Assembly: GCA_052426225.1 (NCBI GenBank)
Contig: JBNJNM010000011.1
Coordinates: 1,922,001-1,986,000, forward strand
Source of the DNA: Zancudomyces culisetae HAW-14-8
Lineage: Eukaryota; Fungi; Kickxellomycota
Reading direction: 5' to 3'
Length of the DNA: 64,000 bases
Below, one piece after another: positions 1 to 13,583 of the stretch. The translations under genes were made by a program, and so were the position numbers. Positions within the stretch are counted from its first letter, which is position 1; each line of letters opens with the position of its first letter. Below the pieces are notes generated by a model. It did not search any database and was not told where the DNA came from. It saw only the letters and a program-made list of their open reading frames with translations.

Positions 1-478
1 TTCGCTGCATTTTGTACTAGAATGGCGTTTGATAACTGATTGGAGATTTGCGGATTGGGCGTTATCTTGGGATTTTGTCGTATGTTGAATTCTTTCATGT
101 AATTTGGTTGTGATCCCTGTAGAAAAAAAAAGAGACCTTGTTGACCGCTCTAGTACTTTTATGGTAGTACGTTTGGATTTTGGAATTATCATGTTAACAA
201 GTATAGTTTTAGGTGTTGTAAAACCTTGAAACCTATTATCCTCATATCAAATGTTAAATTGCTTTGTATTTTTGATTTGAAATTGTTTGATTATCTTTTT
301 ATTTACTTCTGATTTGGCTCAATTTCATTTATCGATTTTTGATTGGAATTGAGTTGGCAAATATAAAGAGATGTAATGATTACTTTTAAACATCAAGGCT
401 AAAAAAGACAAAAAAAAGACAAACAAGCTAGGTATCAAACTAAAATTACAACTATGAGGATTAGAATAAAAGGTAGAT

Positions 479-1261
479 TTAGTTTAGCCATTTTGGTTTA
501 TACAAGGGGTTAACCCTAACAGTTTGGTCAAAGACTTCGATAAATTCCTGGTCACCCATCCGTATTTTGTTTCCCGAAAAGCGCTGAAACTCATCAAAGA
601 TTGCTGTCATTGACCAGGACTGTATCCGTCGTAAACAGCCTACAATACAACCTGTTCTTCGCACTCCGCGATCGCAATGTACCAGTATTGGATGGTTTCG
701 GGTATCCAACATTTTAGTAATGATTTTGCAAACGGCTGCTTGTTCCATTTCTTTGAAGGGTTCCTAAGAAGTATAATAAAACAAAATAAGATATAATAAT
801 TGGGAATGGGAATGGGAATGGGTTTCAGTTGGTTATTCGATAGTGAATATATCTGCAATCGTGATTTCACTTTTAGTCTTTTCTCTTTTTTTTTTGCAAA
901 TGAAAAGAAAAAAAAAGTAGAAGAAGTCTAAAGTCTATTTATTTATCGCTACGACTTTGTCATTTACATTTTAATGAAAAATATGGCTTACATTGTTTAA
1001 CTTGACTTTATAGTGAGTGAATTCAATGTTGTTATCTTGACAAAAGGTGGTGTGGTAATCGAGACATTTACTGTCACTAACGTAGATGATTGATTTTAGG
1101 CCTAGCTCCAGCAGAAACTGGTGGTTTTTTACTGAGGGGAAGCCAGAACGGTATATTCCAGGCATGATCATTGAAAAGTTTAGTGGGGGTACGATTAAAG
1201 CATGATTAGGCTCGTCTGTTGGGTCATTTCTGGTGGTATTATGATCTTTGATTGTATCCAT
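479..1261 (-). CDS. Siw14/OCA-family atypical dual-specificity (inositol pyrophosphate-type) phosphatase, 2 exons (1261-992, 763-479)
   Basis: PPLNFSMIMPGIYRSGFP, intact CX5R loop HCDRGVRRTG, WSMTAIFDEFQRF and DQEFIEVFD. A GTAAGC donor at 991 and a TTAG acceptor at 764 join KLNN|EPFKEM in frame. Confidence 0.9.
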
Positions 1262-1376
1262 TATTATTGTTTGGTCTGGTTTAGCATTTTTGGGATATTT
1301 ATTTTTATTCTATATTAATCTATATTATTTTTTGGCTTTTGGCTTGCATTTGGTAAAAGTTTGAAGGGCCAAGAAA

Positions 1377-1379
1377 AAA

Positions 1380-1418
<39 letters not shown>

Positions 1419-1419
1419 A
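1377..1419. repeat. (AAAT)n microsatellite
   Basis: About 10 tandem AAAT units, directly visible. Confidence 0.9.
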
Positions 1420-2647
1420 AGTGGTTTAGAGCAAATGTGGATAGTTTAAAGCTTTGGTATTCCAAATTATTTTCGGTATTTATTTAAATCACCAAAATAG
1501 ACTTTGAACTGGTACGGAAATAAAGGGTAGGAGGAATGGGGATGAGTGAAAGGAAAAAATGTATGGTATTTGATATACATGTACAAACCATCATGGTTTA
1601 AAAGATATACACAAAACTACGCTAGTGTTGGTACAAGTACAAGAAGGGGGAAGGAGGAGCAAGTATTTTCAAAAGAATACAAAAGCTTAAAAAGAGCAAG
1701 TTTGTAAAAGTTGATTTTTTTAAATGGTTGAGATATTTCTTTACATTTATGATGCGGGTCTTTTTCCAATAAAGAAACGAAGAAAATGAATAAATAAATA
1801 AATAAAATGTAGAAAGTAGAAATGGTCAGGGTAAAGGTAAAGGTAAAGGTAATTTGATTAAAAGTATTTCTGGACTTGATTGTTATTTTTATATTTTGAT
1901 ATAGGAGATTTAATTCGCAAATTTAAATGAAAATATAAAAAAACAGAGATAAAATAAAATAAAATAAAATATATAAAATGATACGGATATTAAATTAAAT
2001 GAAAAAATGAAATGCAAAACAAAATGCGAAAAATCCAATCAGTACAAAACAAAAAACAAAAAAAAAATTGCATACGTAAATTTAAAAATGTAAAAATGTA
2101 AAAGCGTGAAAGCGTAAAAGCGTAAATTGAAAAAAAAATTTTTTTTTTCTACATTATTATTTACGTAACCTTTATGAACATAAATACCATATAAACTACA
2201 AGTAGAATAAAAAAAAGAATAAAAAAAAAAAGTAATGGATAAAGAGGAACGTATAAAAAGTAATGAAAAATTTTCTAGAGATTTCAAGTAAAATTTAAAA
2301 AAGTAGAAATTAAACGAATATAAACAAAGCGAAAAAGAAAAGTAAAGGACAAGAATACGAGTCAAAGACAAGTTACGGAATAAAAGCAAGAGTAAAATTC
2401 AAGAAACCGAAAACAAACAATTTGAAAAGACAAACAAATTAGACTACGAAAACGAAATTGTCGGTGGGGGAAGGAACAGAACTTTTAAATAATTTTGATT
2501 TGAAACAAAGAATTAAAAGGAATTAAAAAGAGTATAAGGGATAGCTTGGAATATAATAGACTAGGATAGAATAGAATAGAGTATAGTAAAATTGTAGATA
2601 TAAGACAAGATGATGAAAAAGCTTCAACGCGAGAGGACAAAATAGAA

Positions 2648-2804
2648 ATGGAAGACAAAGAAATAGAAAAAACAATCAGCCGATTGAGCGAAGGACTCAA
2701 TGTAGAGAGCACGGGGTTGGCAGGATTTGAAATAAAGACGATATTGGGAGAAGCAGGGATAATGAGTTTAGAAAATATGACAGAGGGAGTAGAAAATAGT
2801 CAGC

Positions 2805-2835
<31 letters not shown>

Positions 2836-5263
2836 GCAATTGCAACAATTACAGCAGCAATTACAATTACAACAATTACAAATACAGCAGCAGCAACAAC
2901 AACAACAACAGCAACAACCGCAACTGCAGCCACATTTGCAGCAACAAGAATATAGATTGACAGGGTTAGAACTAGGAGGAGTAAAAAAAAGTAATGGGGA
3001 AGGAGTAGGGGTAGGGGTAGGAGGAGGAATTATGGAAAAACGGAGTTATAATAAAACCAAGATACAAAGTAAACAGCGGGAAGGAAATAGGAAAACGGAA
3101 AAAATAGAACGAACAATGTTACCGAATATTAGGATGAGAGAAGCGATGGGATTTCAAGGAGGAGCAATGTCAGGAGTGGGGGTAGGAGTAGGATCGACGA
3201 ATGCGATTGGTGGAGTGAATGCAATGGGCCAAGGAGTAGGAGGGCGGCATGTAGGATTTGACTTTGGAGGATTATTGGGAAATAGAGGAATTATGGAGTA
3301 TAATGGTAGCAGGGGATTTCAACAGGCGAATGGAATGATGAATATAAATGCAATGCTTCCACCACAATACCGAAACATTGCAGCAAGTGGATATATACCA
3401 GGACAAACACCACCTTCACAACTACAACCACAGCCACAACCACAACCACAACCACAACCACAACCACAACCACAATCACAATCACAATCACAATCACAAT
3501 CACAACAAGGATCATTGGTACAAACACCAGTTCAAGTACTTGAAGGAACACAGCAAATGCGAATAACACAAGATAAAAGTATGATAGGAGGAGATGTAGA
3601 ACAACAGTGGAATGGATCAAAGACATCAACACCGACACAGACACAGACACAGACACAGACACAGACACAGATAGAAGTAGAAGAAGGAATCAGAATGACA
3701 GAACGAGGTGAAGAGCAACAACAACAACAACAACAACAACAACAAATACAGTTGCAAATACAATTACAAATGCAACAACAACAACAACAACAAAAGTCAA
3801 AACAAAAACAAAAACAAAAACCAAAACTAGCCGAATTGGAGACACGAAGTAGAGAGACACAGGAAGAAAAGAGTGATAGACAGGCAACAGCGCTGGATAA
3901 ACTGGAGGCAATAGTCAGGAGTAAAGCAATGGATGCTCAGTTGGCTGCAACCATGTCCAAGAATCTGACAATATATAGCGAACGGTTGGTGCGAGAAGGT
4001 GGTGAAGATACAGCTCGACAATTAAATAAAATTCAACAGCTTTTGGTACTTTTGGCACATAAAAGAGCTGCTTTTTCTGAAACAAAAACCTCTTCACCAC
4101 TATCATTACCTCAACAACACCAACAACAATCCCAGTTACAAATTCAACCAACTCTACAACAACAACAACAACAACAACAATATCAACAACAACAATATCA
4201 ACAACAACTACAACATCAAAAACATCAACTACAACAACCTACTCTTCTCGTCAAAAATTCTACTACTCCTTCATTCAAAAAAAAATCAAAACTCGATCCA
4301 AATTCAAATTCAAATTCAAACCCAAATTCAAAATCAAAACTCAAACTCAGAGCTGCCTCCGACGCCATTCCCGACTCCGACGACCTGCCTCTCCGCAAAA
4401 AACTCAAGTCTCTCCACAAACCCGAACCCGCCCGAATCGACGACGTTATGGGTGTTGCCGGTGTCGACCTGCGTGCCGAGTCTGAGTTTATAGTCTCCAG
4501 TGCTTCAAGACACTCTCTTCCCGCTCCCTCTCCTCTCTCCTTCCATCAAAACCTCTTTCTCGACCCCTCTGCCCTCCTCGCTCGTCTCAACCATTCCCGT
4601 CCTGCCATTTCCTCCGTCTCCCAGGACTCGCTTCTTTTGCTCTCTTCCTGTCTAAAATTCAAATTGCGCCAACTATTGCGTCTCATGCTCGATGCCTCCC
4701 ACCATCGCTCCAACTCTTCTTATCTACCTCGCTCCCTCTCCAACTCCAACTCCAACTCCAACTCCAACTCCAGCCTAAACCTAAACCTAAACTCTCAACC
4801 CAATCTCAAATCCTTCCTTTCTTCTCTTGAGCGTTCTGATTTCGCTCGCCAAAAACTTCTTTCTTCTTCCCATCTCCCTTCTGCTGACTCTGACCCCAAT
4901 TCCTCCAAACTCTCCGCAAAACCTGCTCCTGATCTTCTTCGCAGCAAACTCACCAACCAAACTGCCTTGATGTCTGCTGGTGGCCTCACCAAATCTTGGA
5001 TGCTTGCCTCTTCCTCCTCTGACCTCTCTTCTTCTCTTCCCCCTCTGAACTCTGCTCCTATCCCTTCCTCTTCCTCTCTCTCATCATCTTCTTCTTCCAC
5101 TACTCTCCTCAAACCTCCTCCTCGTCCCTCTGTTTCCACCATCTCTCTAAAAGACGCTCTCTTTGTTCTACAGCTTTTGTCTGACGACAATTCCAACTGT
5201 GAATTCTCCCCCTTCCTATCTAACTCTCTCATTATAAAAAATGCTGTCAATCTACCTCCATAA
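2648..5263 (+). CDS. TAF4: TFIID subunit 4 with long polyQ and dipeptide low-complexity N-terminus
   Basis: TAF4 C-terminal motifs IDDVMGVAGVDLRAESE, histone-fold helix (LLSSCLKFKLRQLL...HR), TNQTALMSAGG..KSWM and ISLKDALFVL; 871-aa single ORF. Confidence 0.85.
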
Positions 5264-5467
5264 TATAATCTCTTTTTACTTGCCCCACTCCCCACTCCCC
5301 CCTCCTTCCTTTCTTTGTATTTTTAAACTTTCTTTTATTTATTTTTCAAACTTTTATATCCCCACTATTGAAAAAAAAATAAAAATGGTTTTTTTTTTAT
5401 TCTTGATAATTCCTTTTTTTCTCTCTCTTCAATAACTACTACTACTGCTCATTTTTGTTGATGTTGT

Positions 5468-5884
5468 CTATTCAGGAACTGTCCATTTGCTCTTATCGAT
5501 ACCTTCCAATGCCTTTTTTGCCTCTGGTCTCAATTCTGGCTTGATCATGTACATTTTCTATTTCATTTACATTTTCATTTTCATTTTCATTTAGATTACT
5601 ATCAATAATTCTCTTCATCTATTACTATTACTATCACCATCACTATTAATTAATATTATTCCTCTTACATATGATTTCTTGGCCAAAAAGTATGTTCCAA
5701 TCGGTACCATCAGTCCCAACACAATTCCCACTGTTGCTGTGTACTTGGTCCATCGGAAATGGTTTTTGAGATTTGATCGCATATAGATCCATTCTTCAAA
5801 TGCTGGATCCTTCAACAGTGTTTCGTGGTGTCCCAATCCACCCTTAGCCTTTGCTCCATTTTGTCCAATATTTTCTCCTCCCAT
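5468..5884 (-). CDS. NDUFB4: NADH:ubiquinone oxidoreductase B15 (NDUFB4)-like subunit, 2 exons (5884-5669, 5557-5468)
   Basis: DPAFEEWIYMRSNLKNHFRWT followed by one TM helix. GTAAGA donor at 5668 and ATAG acceptor at 5558; second exon reads KMYMIKPELRPEAKKALEGIDKSKWTVPE*. Confidence 0.8.
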
Positions 5885-6439
5885 TCTTTTTTTCTCTTTT
5901 TTCTCTTTTTTCCCGTTTTCCCGTTTTCTCTTTTCTGTTTTTTTAATAATGTATTATTAAAAATAAATGTACGAGATAGAGTAAGTTGAGTTTGTTTTTT
6001 TATTTAATTTTATTTTTTGATTTTATTTTTCAAAACATTTTTTTTTTATCTATCTATTTTCCTACTATAAACAATGTTTTTAATTTAATTTTTTTCTTTT
6101 TTGTACTAGACCGTTTTTAGTTTACGCCATAGATAAAAATTAACTAGTCTCTTTTTTATTCTTGCTTTAATTTCTTTTACCAAAAAAAAAATTAAGGTAT
6201 AATAGAATATAATCTTGCCCAATTATTGAATTCTCTTTCAGTAATGTAAAACTACATGCCTTTTTTTTTTCATAGTTAACTTTTGGGTTATATACCAATT
6301 CTTGTACTATTCCCCTTACTCTTTGTAAATTATAGAAATATCTAGTCTAACAAACAAGCAAAAGACGAAATATAAATATAAATCGAAATCGAAACCGAAA
6401 TCGAACTAGAAAATATACGTTTAATCTGTTCGCTCAAAA

Positions 6440-8537
6440 ATGTCTAAAACACCCGTTTTAAACTCCACCAAAACCAATTCCCACAACCGATCCAACCACA
6501 ACAACAGCACCGCTCTTGTACATACTCACCCACCTTCACCTTCACCTTCTCCTTCTTCTTTAAATCAAATTACTGCTGCTGCTGCTGCTGCTGCCACTAC
6601 CTCTATCAATCCATATCCCGTTTTAAAAGTTTTGCCCGAAGAACAATTCGTTTCGGCAATCGATCATATCGTTGAACGTGACTTTTTCCCCCATCTTGCA
6701 GCGCTCAAAAAAATTGAACAAAACGATCCCACTATTTCTTCACCGAATATACTAGCATATACCGATACTCATACCACTCGCCGTGGCCCACGACACGATA
6801 CACATAATATGGTCACTGTAACCAGCCATCATGCCGGCATAAACACTCCCGATTCCACAACCTCAAATATTCATGGTAACCCATTGGACCCTTCTTTTTC
6901 TGCTACCATCGAATCACTCGATACCGAAAATTTATCCCTCAATCAGTTTTTGGACTCCTTTACTACCCAAGACAATGTAACTAACCCCACTCCCTTCCCC
7001 TTCTATTTTTATTTTATCTTTTATCTTTTATCCATGTTAACTCTTTTATATTTGGCAATACCATACCAAACTTGATAACATTTAATCCTGTACTTTTAGT
7101 CTAGCTTTGCAAAACTCGTTGAAAAATCATCCGCTGAACGCAAGAGGAAATACTTTTGGTTATACGGTGATGGTACCTCCAGTACCAATACCCAGGGACT
7201 CCTGGAGTCACCCCATACCCAAAAATCAATATCCGATAACAGTAACAACACTACTCTCATTACCAGAGATAATCCGGATAATTCCAAAGTTATCACTGCC
7301 TCTCCCTCCAACCAATCCTTGAATACATGGAACTTTAAGGTATGTCTTTTATTTATTTATCTATTTATTTATTTAGTTTGTATGTTTTATTTATATCCAT
7401 AATTCAAACTACCACCATTTTATCAATGAAATTTATCCTCTCTTATAAAATAAAAAAAATTATAAAAAAGCATTTACAAATATACATTTCTATATTGTTA
7501 TTTATATACAAATGTAGGCTAGAAATGCTCTAATGTATCCTCCAGATACCCTTGATTCTCAATTTTCTATTAACCCCAGAGCCAAAACCACATCTATAAT
7601 TCATAAAAATACCCGCTTTCCAAAGGTACGTTCTTATAATTCCATCCCAATTGTTGTTAAATGTAACTAAACCTGCAGTTCATCATCTCTTTACTTTTTA
7701 TTTATTATCATTTTTTACTTTGGTTCTTGATAGGATTTCAAAAGTGCTCCTTCAAACGAAAAACTTGTTTCCATGGCTCAAGAAATTGGCAAGTAATCCA
7801 CTATGGTATACTGATAAAACTTTTCCTTTCCCCATTTCTCTCTATTATTTAAACTAACGTCCTCATACTTGATATATTTTAAATTAGATGGTTCTGCTAC
7901 ACCAATCATCAGAGGCTATAAACTAATTGATGAATCTCCCGAACATGATACCGATACTCTGCAATCAAAAGCTTCTAAAAAGTCTGACCAGTTTGTTGAT
8001 GCCCCTCGATTAAAAGGTTTGAAAATAACTACTCTCCTCCTCCTCCCCATCTACTCTTTTTTTTTTTAATATATTAATTAAAATTACATTCTTTACCTCC
8101 ATCACACCTCTATTGTTTGATAAAATACTATACAGATATAACTAACAATACTTTTTTTTTAATTTAATTATTTTGCATTTATGATAATGTAGGTCGATCG
8201 TACAATGTACCCGATACCCCTGCGCGTGATCTCCTTGCCCACAGACTGGCATCTAAACACCAGAAATCCAAATACAATACCACCCCACTTCATCAGGATT
8301 CGAACCAACTTGGTTCACCATATACACCCATGAGCCCACATTTGAGGTATTTCTTTTATTTTTATTTTTATTTTTAAACTCCCCTCCACTTTCTATTTTC
8401 ACCGTTTATGCTTAACATTATCATTCGTTGTATTTCACATTAGGTTACTTTCTCCAGCTGGTAGAAACCTTCTCTCAAATGCTTCAAAGAAGAATCGGAG
8501 TGGTAAAAGTAAACTAACAGAGCGATCGTTTTTTTGA
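6440..8537 (+). CDS. ESS2: Splicing factor ESS2/DGCR14 homolog, multi-exon (first exons 6440-6976 and 7100-7339, next from 7518, last 8444-8537)
   Basis: VLPEEQFVSAIDHIVERDFFPHL, LSLNQFLDSFTTQDN|SSF, NTWNFK|ARNALMYPP, IIHKNTRF, TPIIRGYKLI, YNVPDTPARDLLAHRL and LSPAGRNLL across GT-AG introns. Confidence 0.88.
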
Positions 8538-8871
8538 GCATTTAGTTATGCCTACATGTTATCTTTATTCTTATATTTATAGCAGAGCTTTAGATTTGTA
8601 ATTTGTAATTTTTAACTGCACTTGTAATTGTATTTTTGTTTATAAACTCTTTTTCTTTTGCTTTTTTTTTTTGTTTACTAAAAACAAACTACATACATAT
8701 ACCCTTTGGTAATAATAAAAACCTTATTTTCTTTTGGAAATTGTGCATATCAACTTGTATCGTTTTTAACTGCTTCCCTTTCCATCCCCCCCCCCGCCCC
8801 TCCCAAAAAAAATTAATTTAAACACACACACACACATTTATGTATGTATGTACACATGTTTATAACCGTTA

Positions 8872-10102
8872 CTAGTATACCATGTTGTTGTAGTTTACGT
8901 TTCCTCCACCATTTGCAGAATTGTCACCCGGAAATCCTGGGTTTTTATTAATGTATGCGCCAAGTTTGGGTGGTGGTGGTAGTGGTGGCAGCGTCGGTAT
9001 CGCTGTCAACACACTGCTGTACATATTCAGTGCGCTCTTTTGGGCATCAATAAGCGGTTTGAAATCGGGATCCAAATCACCTTCATTATCACCAAACCCG
9101 CCAACTGCAAAGATGTATTTAATCTTGACAAAGTAAAAATCGCTTGTAGTACTACTTGGTACACTTGGAGGTACTTGGTTCGCATAGTTTTCGTTGATAT
9201 AATACCCCTTAGCATCGTAATTACCTGCACCTGCACCTGCACCTACACCTACACCTACACCTGCATTATATCCTGGTCCTATCAAATATATAGAGTTTTT
9301 TTATATTTTTATACATATATGTATACATATGTATATGTATATAATGTTTTTCCAGTTATAAATCAAACTTACCTCCTGGAATTCCAATGCCTTGGGTCGG
9401 TATTGGGTTGATACCTGGCTGTCCAGTAACTCCAGGGTTGACATTAACCGGCGCATAAATATCAGGGTCGGCTGTAATTTCACCATTATACCTGTATGCT
9501 CCTCCCACTGGCTTCTGCACATTCTGGGTATATGCACCGCCACTACCATCATTCTTGTTATCATAACCATAACCATAACTATTGCCATTGCCATTGCCAT
9601 TACTATAATCATTGCCATAACCATTACTATAACCATTATCATTGTTATTACTATTACCGTAACCATTGCTCGTACCAGCATAGGCCCCAGTTGAATATGG
9701 ACCCTCCGATGTTGCTGAAACCAGTACCGCCTGATAACTCGACAGCGGCAGCTCTGAAACTGTGGTTCCAACCGGCTTTGGTGCCCCAGGTATACCAATA
9801 TACTTGTACAGATCTCTAAAGTTAATCCTTGCCTGATTTTCTATAAGTTCTTTTGGCTGGACCGCCTCCTTATTGCGTTGCAATCCACATTTTATATCCC
9901 CTGGGCCATTCATATGACAGTATTTATTACCATAGCATTTAGCCTCGGTATACAACCCATTTGAACAGAAGTTGTATCTCGCATCCATTCCGTCAAGTTC
10001 AAAACACACCTTGCTTTCGTCTGAGCACGACATACCTACCAAGTTTTGCCCTAGTACATGCTGCACTAGCAATACACCATGTACTATAAATATCTTGTAC
10101 AT
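8872..10102 (-). CDS. Secreted protein with N-terminal 6-Cys module (CBM19/chitin-binding-like) and Asn/Gly/Tyr-rich low-complexity body, 2 exons (10102-9373, 9278-8872)
   Basis: Hydrophobic signal peptide, then six Cys (SC..VC..FC..KC..YC..KC). A GTAAGT donor at 9372 and an ATAG acceptor at 9279 join the two ORF-track ORFs in frame (phase 1). Confidence 0.7.
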
Positions 10103-11906
10103 TTTCTCGTATTCTTTTTTATTTTTTATTTTTTTTTTTGGCTCTCTCTCTCTCTCTCGTTGTGGTATATTTTATTTTACTTGTCTTTTTAAATATTTCT
10201 TTTTCCTACAACTTGTCACTTGTAACTCTAATGCACGTAATGCTTAATATTTCAAAAGTATAAAAACCCTTTTACACCCGAATATGTATATTGTTTTAAA
10301 GATAACTGTTTGGTATTAACACTTTCTAGCACTTCTTTCTTGTCGATTAAAGTAATATTGAATGTATTGAATGCATAGGTATAAAAACGAGAAAGGTAAG
10401 AATAAAACTAAACTAAAGTCTAAAATATAATAATATTAGCAGCAGTAACAGCAGTAACAGAAGCATTATCAGTAATAAAAAAAAAGGCCAGCACATCTAG
10501 CCAGATATCCAGTATCTATTCCCCTCCACCACCATCACCACCAACTGTAAACAACTATAGCATATTAACTACCATGTTTTTGCGGGACTCAAAGGTTCTG
10601 TTGATACTATTCAACACATAAAATCGTCCCATTTCACTCATAATCTACCAACCATGTCTACTTTTTTTCTTTTTTTTTTCTTTCCCCCCTTCACCTTCCC
10701 TTATTTTTATTACGCAAGCTACAAGTCACCAAGTAATATCCTTAAAGCAGCCTTACCAATCAGTATTATAAAGAGTAGTTTATTTGAAACAGTGTGTTAA
10801 ATACTAGTACTTTAAATTTCAATTCAAACAAACACAATTCGTCCGTGAGTATATTTTTGTTTTACAATACAGTCTCTACCACCCTCTCTCTCTTTCTCTT
10901 CCCCTCTCTTCTCTCCCCTCTCCCCCTTATATCATCCAATATTCCTTATATGTACATTTCAGTGGTGTTTAATGATAATCAATGAAAGTTTAGATGCGTA
11001 AAAAGAAAAGAATAAAAAGAGCGGGGAGGATATAAATAAGACGGATTTAGTCAATCAGAATTCTTTCTGTTACTGCGTTTTCATGAAAGGCCAAAAATGT
11101 TACCATTTCTGCCAATTCCAATTGTTCTACACAAATACATTGTTACTACCCACCACCCACTGCCCATTGCTTATTGCCCATTGTCATTCCAGTACTATCA
11201 TTCTTTTATCCTCCAGGTTTTAAAATACTATCATTTGCTCCACTAATTCTTGTTGTTTTCTAAACTTGGTACAGTAACTTATTACATTGAAAGCTAAATT
11301 TACAGCACGCTAATAAGTTGGGCAAAACATTCAGCAAAGTATTGAAAATACCGAAGCTTTCGTGACGGCAAAATTTTATTCTGTTGCAGTGGCACCCCGA
11401 GTACCTCAAATCAACCCATCAATTCGATCATGGGAAAACTTTGAGATACATCCACAAAGGCGCGACTCTTGATCGTTTTTTTTTCCCCCAAAACTCAGGC
11501 TTAGCGACAGGTGAAAACCAGCTTTAGGATTAGTATAGAGATTAAAACATCAGAGAGTGCATGTTCTTAAAAAAAAATAGGACTTGATTAATACACCCAT
11601 ATCTTGCGTTGGTCGACTTTAGGTTGTTTCGGTGTTTATGTAGAAGCGTTATTTATTAATTTTGCGTGTTCTCTTAGGAGAGGCTCGTAATATAATTAAA
11701 GCAAAGGATCAAAAAGTTATCAATAAGATTATTAGAAACCTATCAGTAGATTATAAAGATGCAATAACAATGTTTAGATAAGAATAAAGATGAGCATCAC
11801 ACAGAACAGATAATACAGGAGTTATGTTTTCATGCCAAAAGTTGGGCGAGAATGGCAGAATGGTTATAAAGTTAAAGTTGGATAGTTGATAACAAAAGTA
11901 CAGATA

Positions 11907-13583
11907 TTAATAATGATCAACTTGTCGTTTAGCGTCAAAGATGTCGTTGACAATGTCAGACCAATGAATTGAAATGTGGTTAATAAAAAAGTGCAGAGAT
12001 TCTGGAGAATTTGAAGAGCGTTGGTCAGCAGAAGAAGGCCTTGCGTAAGAATCAAACATAAATGGAGAAGTCAGCCTTTGTAGCCATTTAGAAAGGGGAT
12101 TGGAATCATTTCTGCGGGAAGTCTCGTTACAGACCAAAACAGAGTCTGTCAGACAGGATGTGAAAAAATAAAGGTTATTTTTATCATGTGGAGAACCGGG
12201 TTGGTGGTAGGTAGATAGAGACTTCTCTATCTGGAGGGAAGACTGGTGGGGGTGGAGATTTGAAGAATGGCGTCTTAATGGCGATGTGGTTATCAGATGA
12301 GAGAACTGAGGGCTTTTTATGGGTCTTATTGGTTGAGGGCAGTGTAGTTGTTCGGAGGATTTGAGAACAAGCTCAATACAGGGTTCGGGAGAATTAGGAG
12401 GTTTAGTCAGGTTGCGAAGTGCGGGATTTGAGTGAGAATATCTCAAACCCAGCTTATCTTCAAAATCAAAAACCTTTGAGCATAGATTAGGAGAGTTTTT
12501 GCCACCTTTGAGAGCAATCTGCGTGCAAGAAGTCCTCCTGGGATCCTGTAAAACTAAAAATTCGGTTGAATAAGATGTGTTTCTGAGCTTGCTTATTAAG
12601 TTTCCGTTGTTGTGTCTTTGTGTGTACATTCCAACCAGTGTTTCGTACGAAGTGGCCCCCTTAAACAACACAACCTCCTTCTCCACGATATTGGAATCGT
12701 TTTCTTCACGGTTTAAATGCTTTTGCCGTCCAAATACTGGTAAATTGTTTTTGCGCTTCAGTTCATACTTCTCACGCGATTCCGCACCGCTTGCAAGCCA
12801 GCTTTTGGGACTTTTCCGGATCTTTTTGTGAGCGTGTCTTTGTTTGGTACGTATATATGTCGACAGCTCTATCAGTACGTATTCGTTTGGTTGTAACCGA
12901 ACGTCCTCCAGCATGTCTTCGAAATCATCCACTACAAAATATATATGTGGCCAAGAATAGACTGGCGACTCTATATTTACACCTTTGCTCTTTGCGCTCT
13001 GTGGTTTGTTTGGGAGTGCGTATACATGTTTACTAATCCTCTGTTTGACTATACATTTATCCTTGGTTGACCCAACGGCACTCCCTGTCTTTTCAAATAT
13101 AGTGACTAATAGCCTACAGGGCATTTGGACTATCAGATTCAAAAATAGCGATTCCTTCCACATCATTTTGCTACTCTGATCAAGTATCATCTTGGGTACT
13201 GATGGTTTCCTGGCCACATACACTGTCTCGTCTTCTCTGTTTTCCTGTCCTCTTACAAAGAATAGCATATCATCGTGCTCTGCCTCCATATCTTCTACAA
13301 AAAACCGATAAAAGATCTCTCTCCATCTATTTTGTATTTTTTTTTGGTATTGGTTAATATATTTTCGATCAATATGTTGTGAAGAATTTATTTTCTAATG
13401 TATGGATCACATATCCATTGATTCAAGATCAATTTTATAAAGAGACTGCTCCCACCCTTACTTTATGTTTTCTTCGGTATCATGATACCTCCTACCCTTA
13501 ACCACAGCCCTCTTCAAATCAGCCACCTGTGCCCATAATTCATTTTGTTGTAATGAATGTAATATCCTATAGACATCGCACAT
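11907..13583 (-). CDS. KIAA0930/DUF2045-family protein (main exon ~13326-11907; 5' exon(s) approximate, probable ATG at 13583)
   Basis: DDMLFFVR, WKESLFLNLIVQ, VYALP, SWPHIYFVVDDFED and LFKGATSYE motifs; upstream in-frame WREIFYRFF follows a TAG acceptor. Confidence 0.8.

Noticed and set aside
2697-5295. Antisense and alternate-frame ORFs over TAF4 (and similar ones over DBF4, RVB1, MON2, the MFS gene and 60292-61095)
   Set aside because: Shadows of repetitive, strand-skewed real genes; poly-V/poly-L low complexity with no motifs
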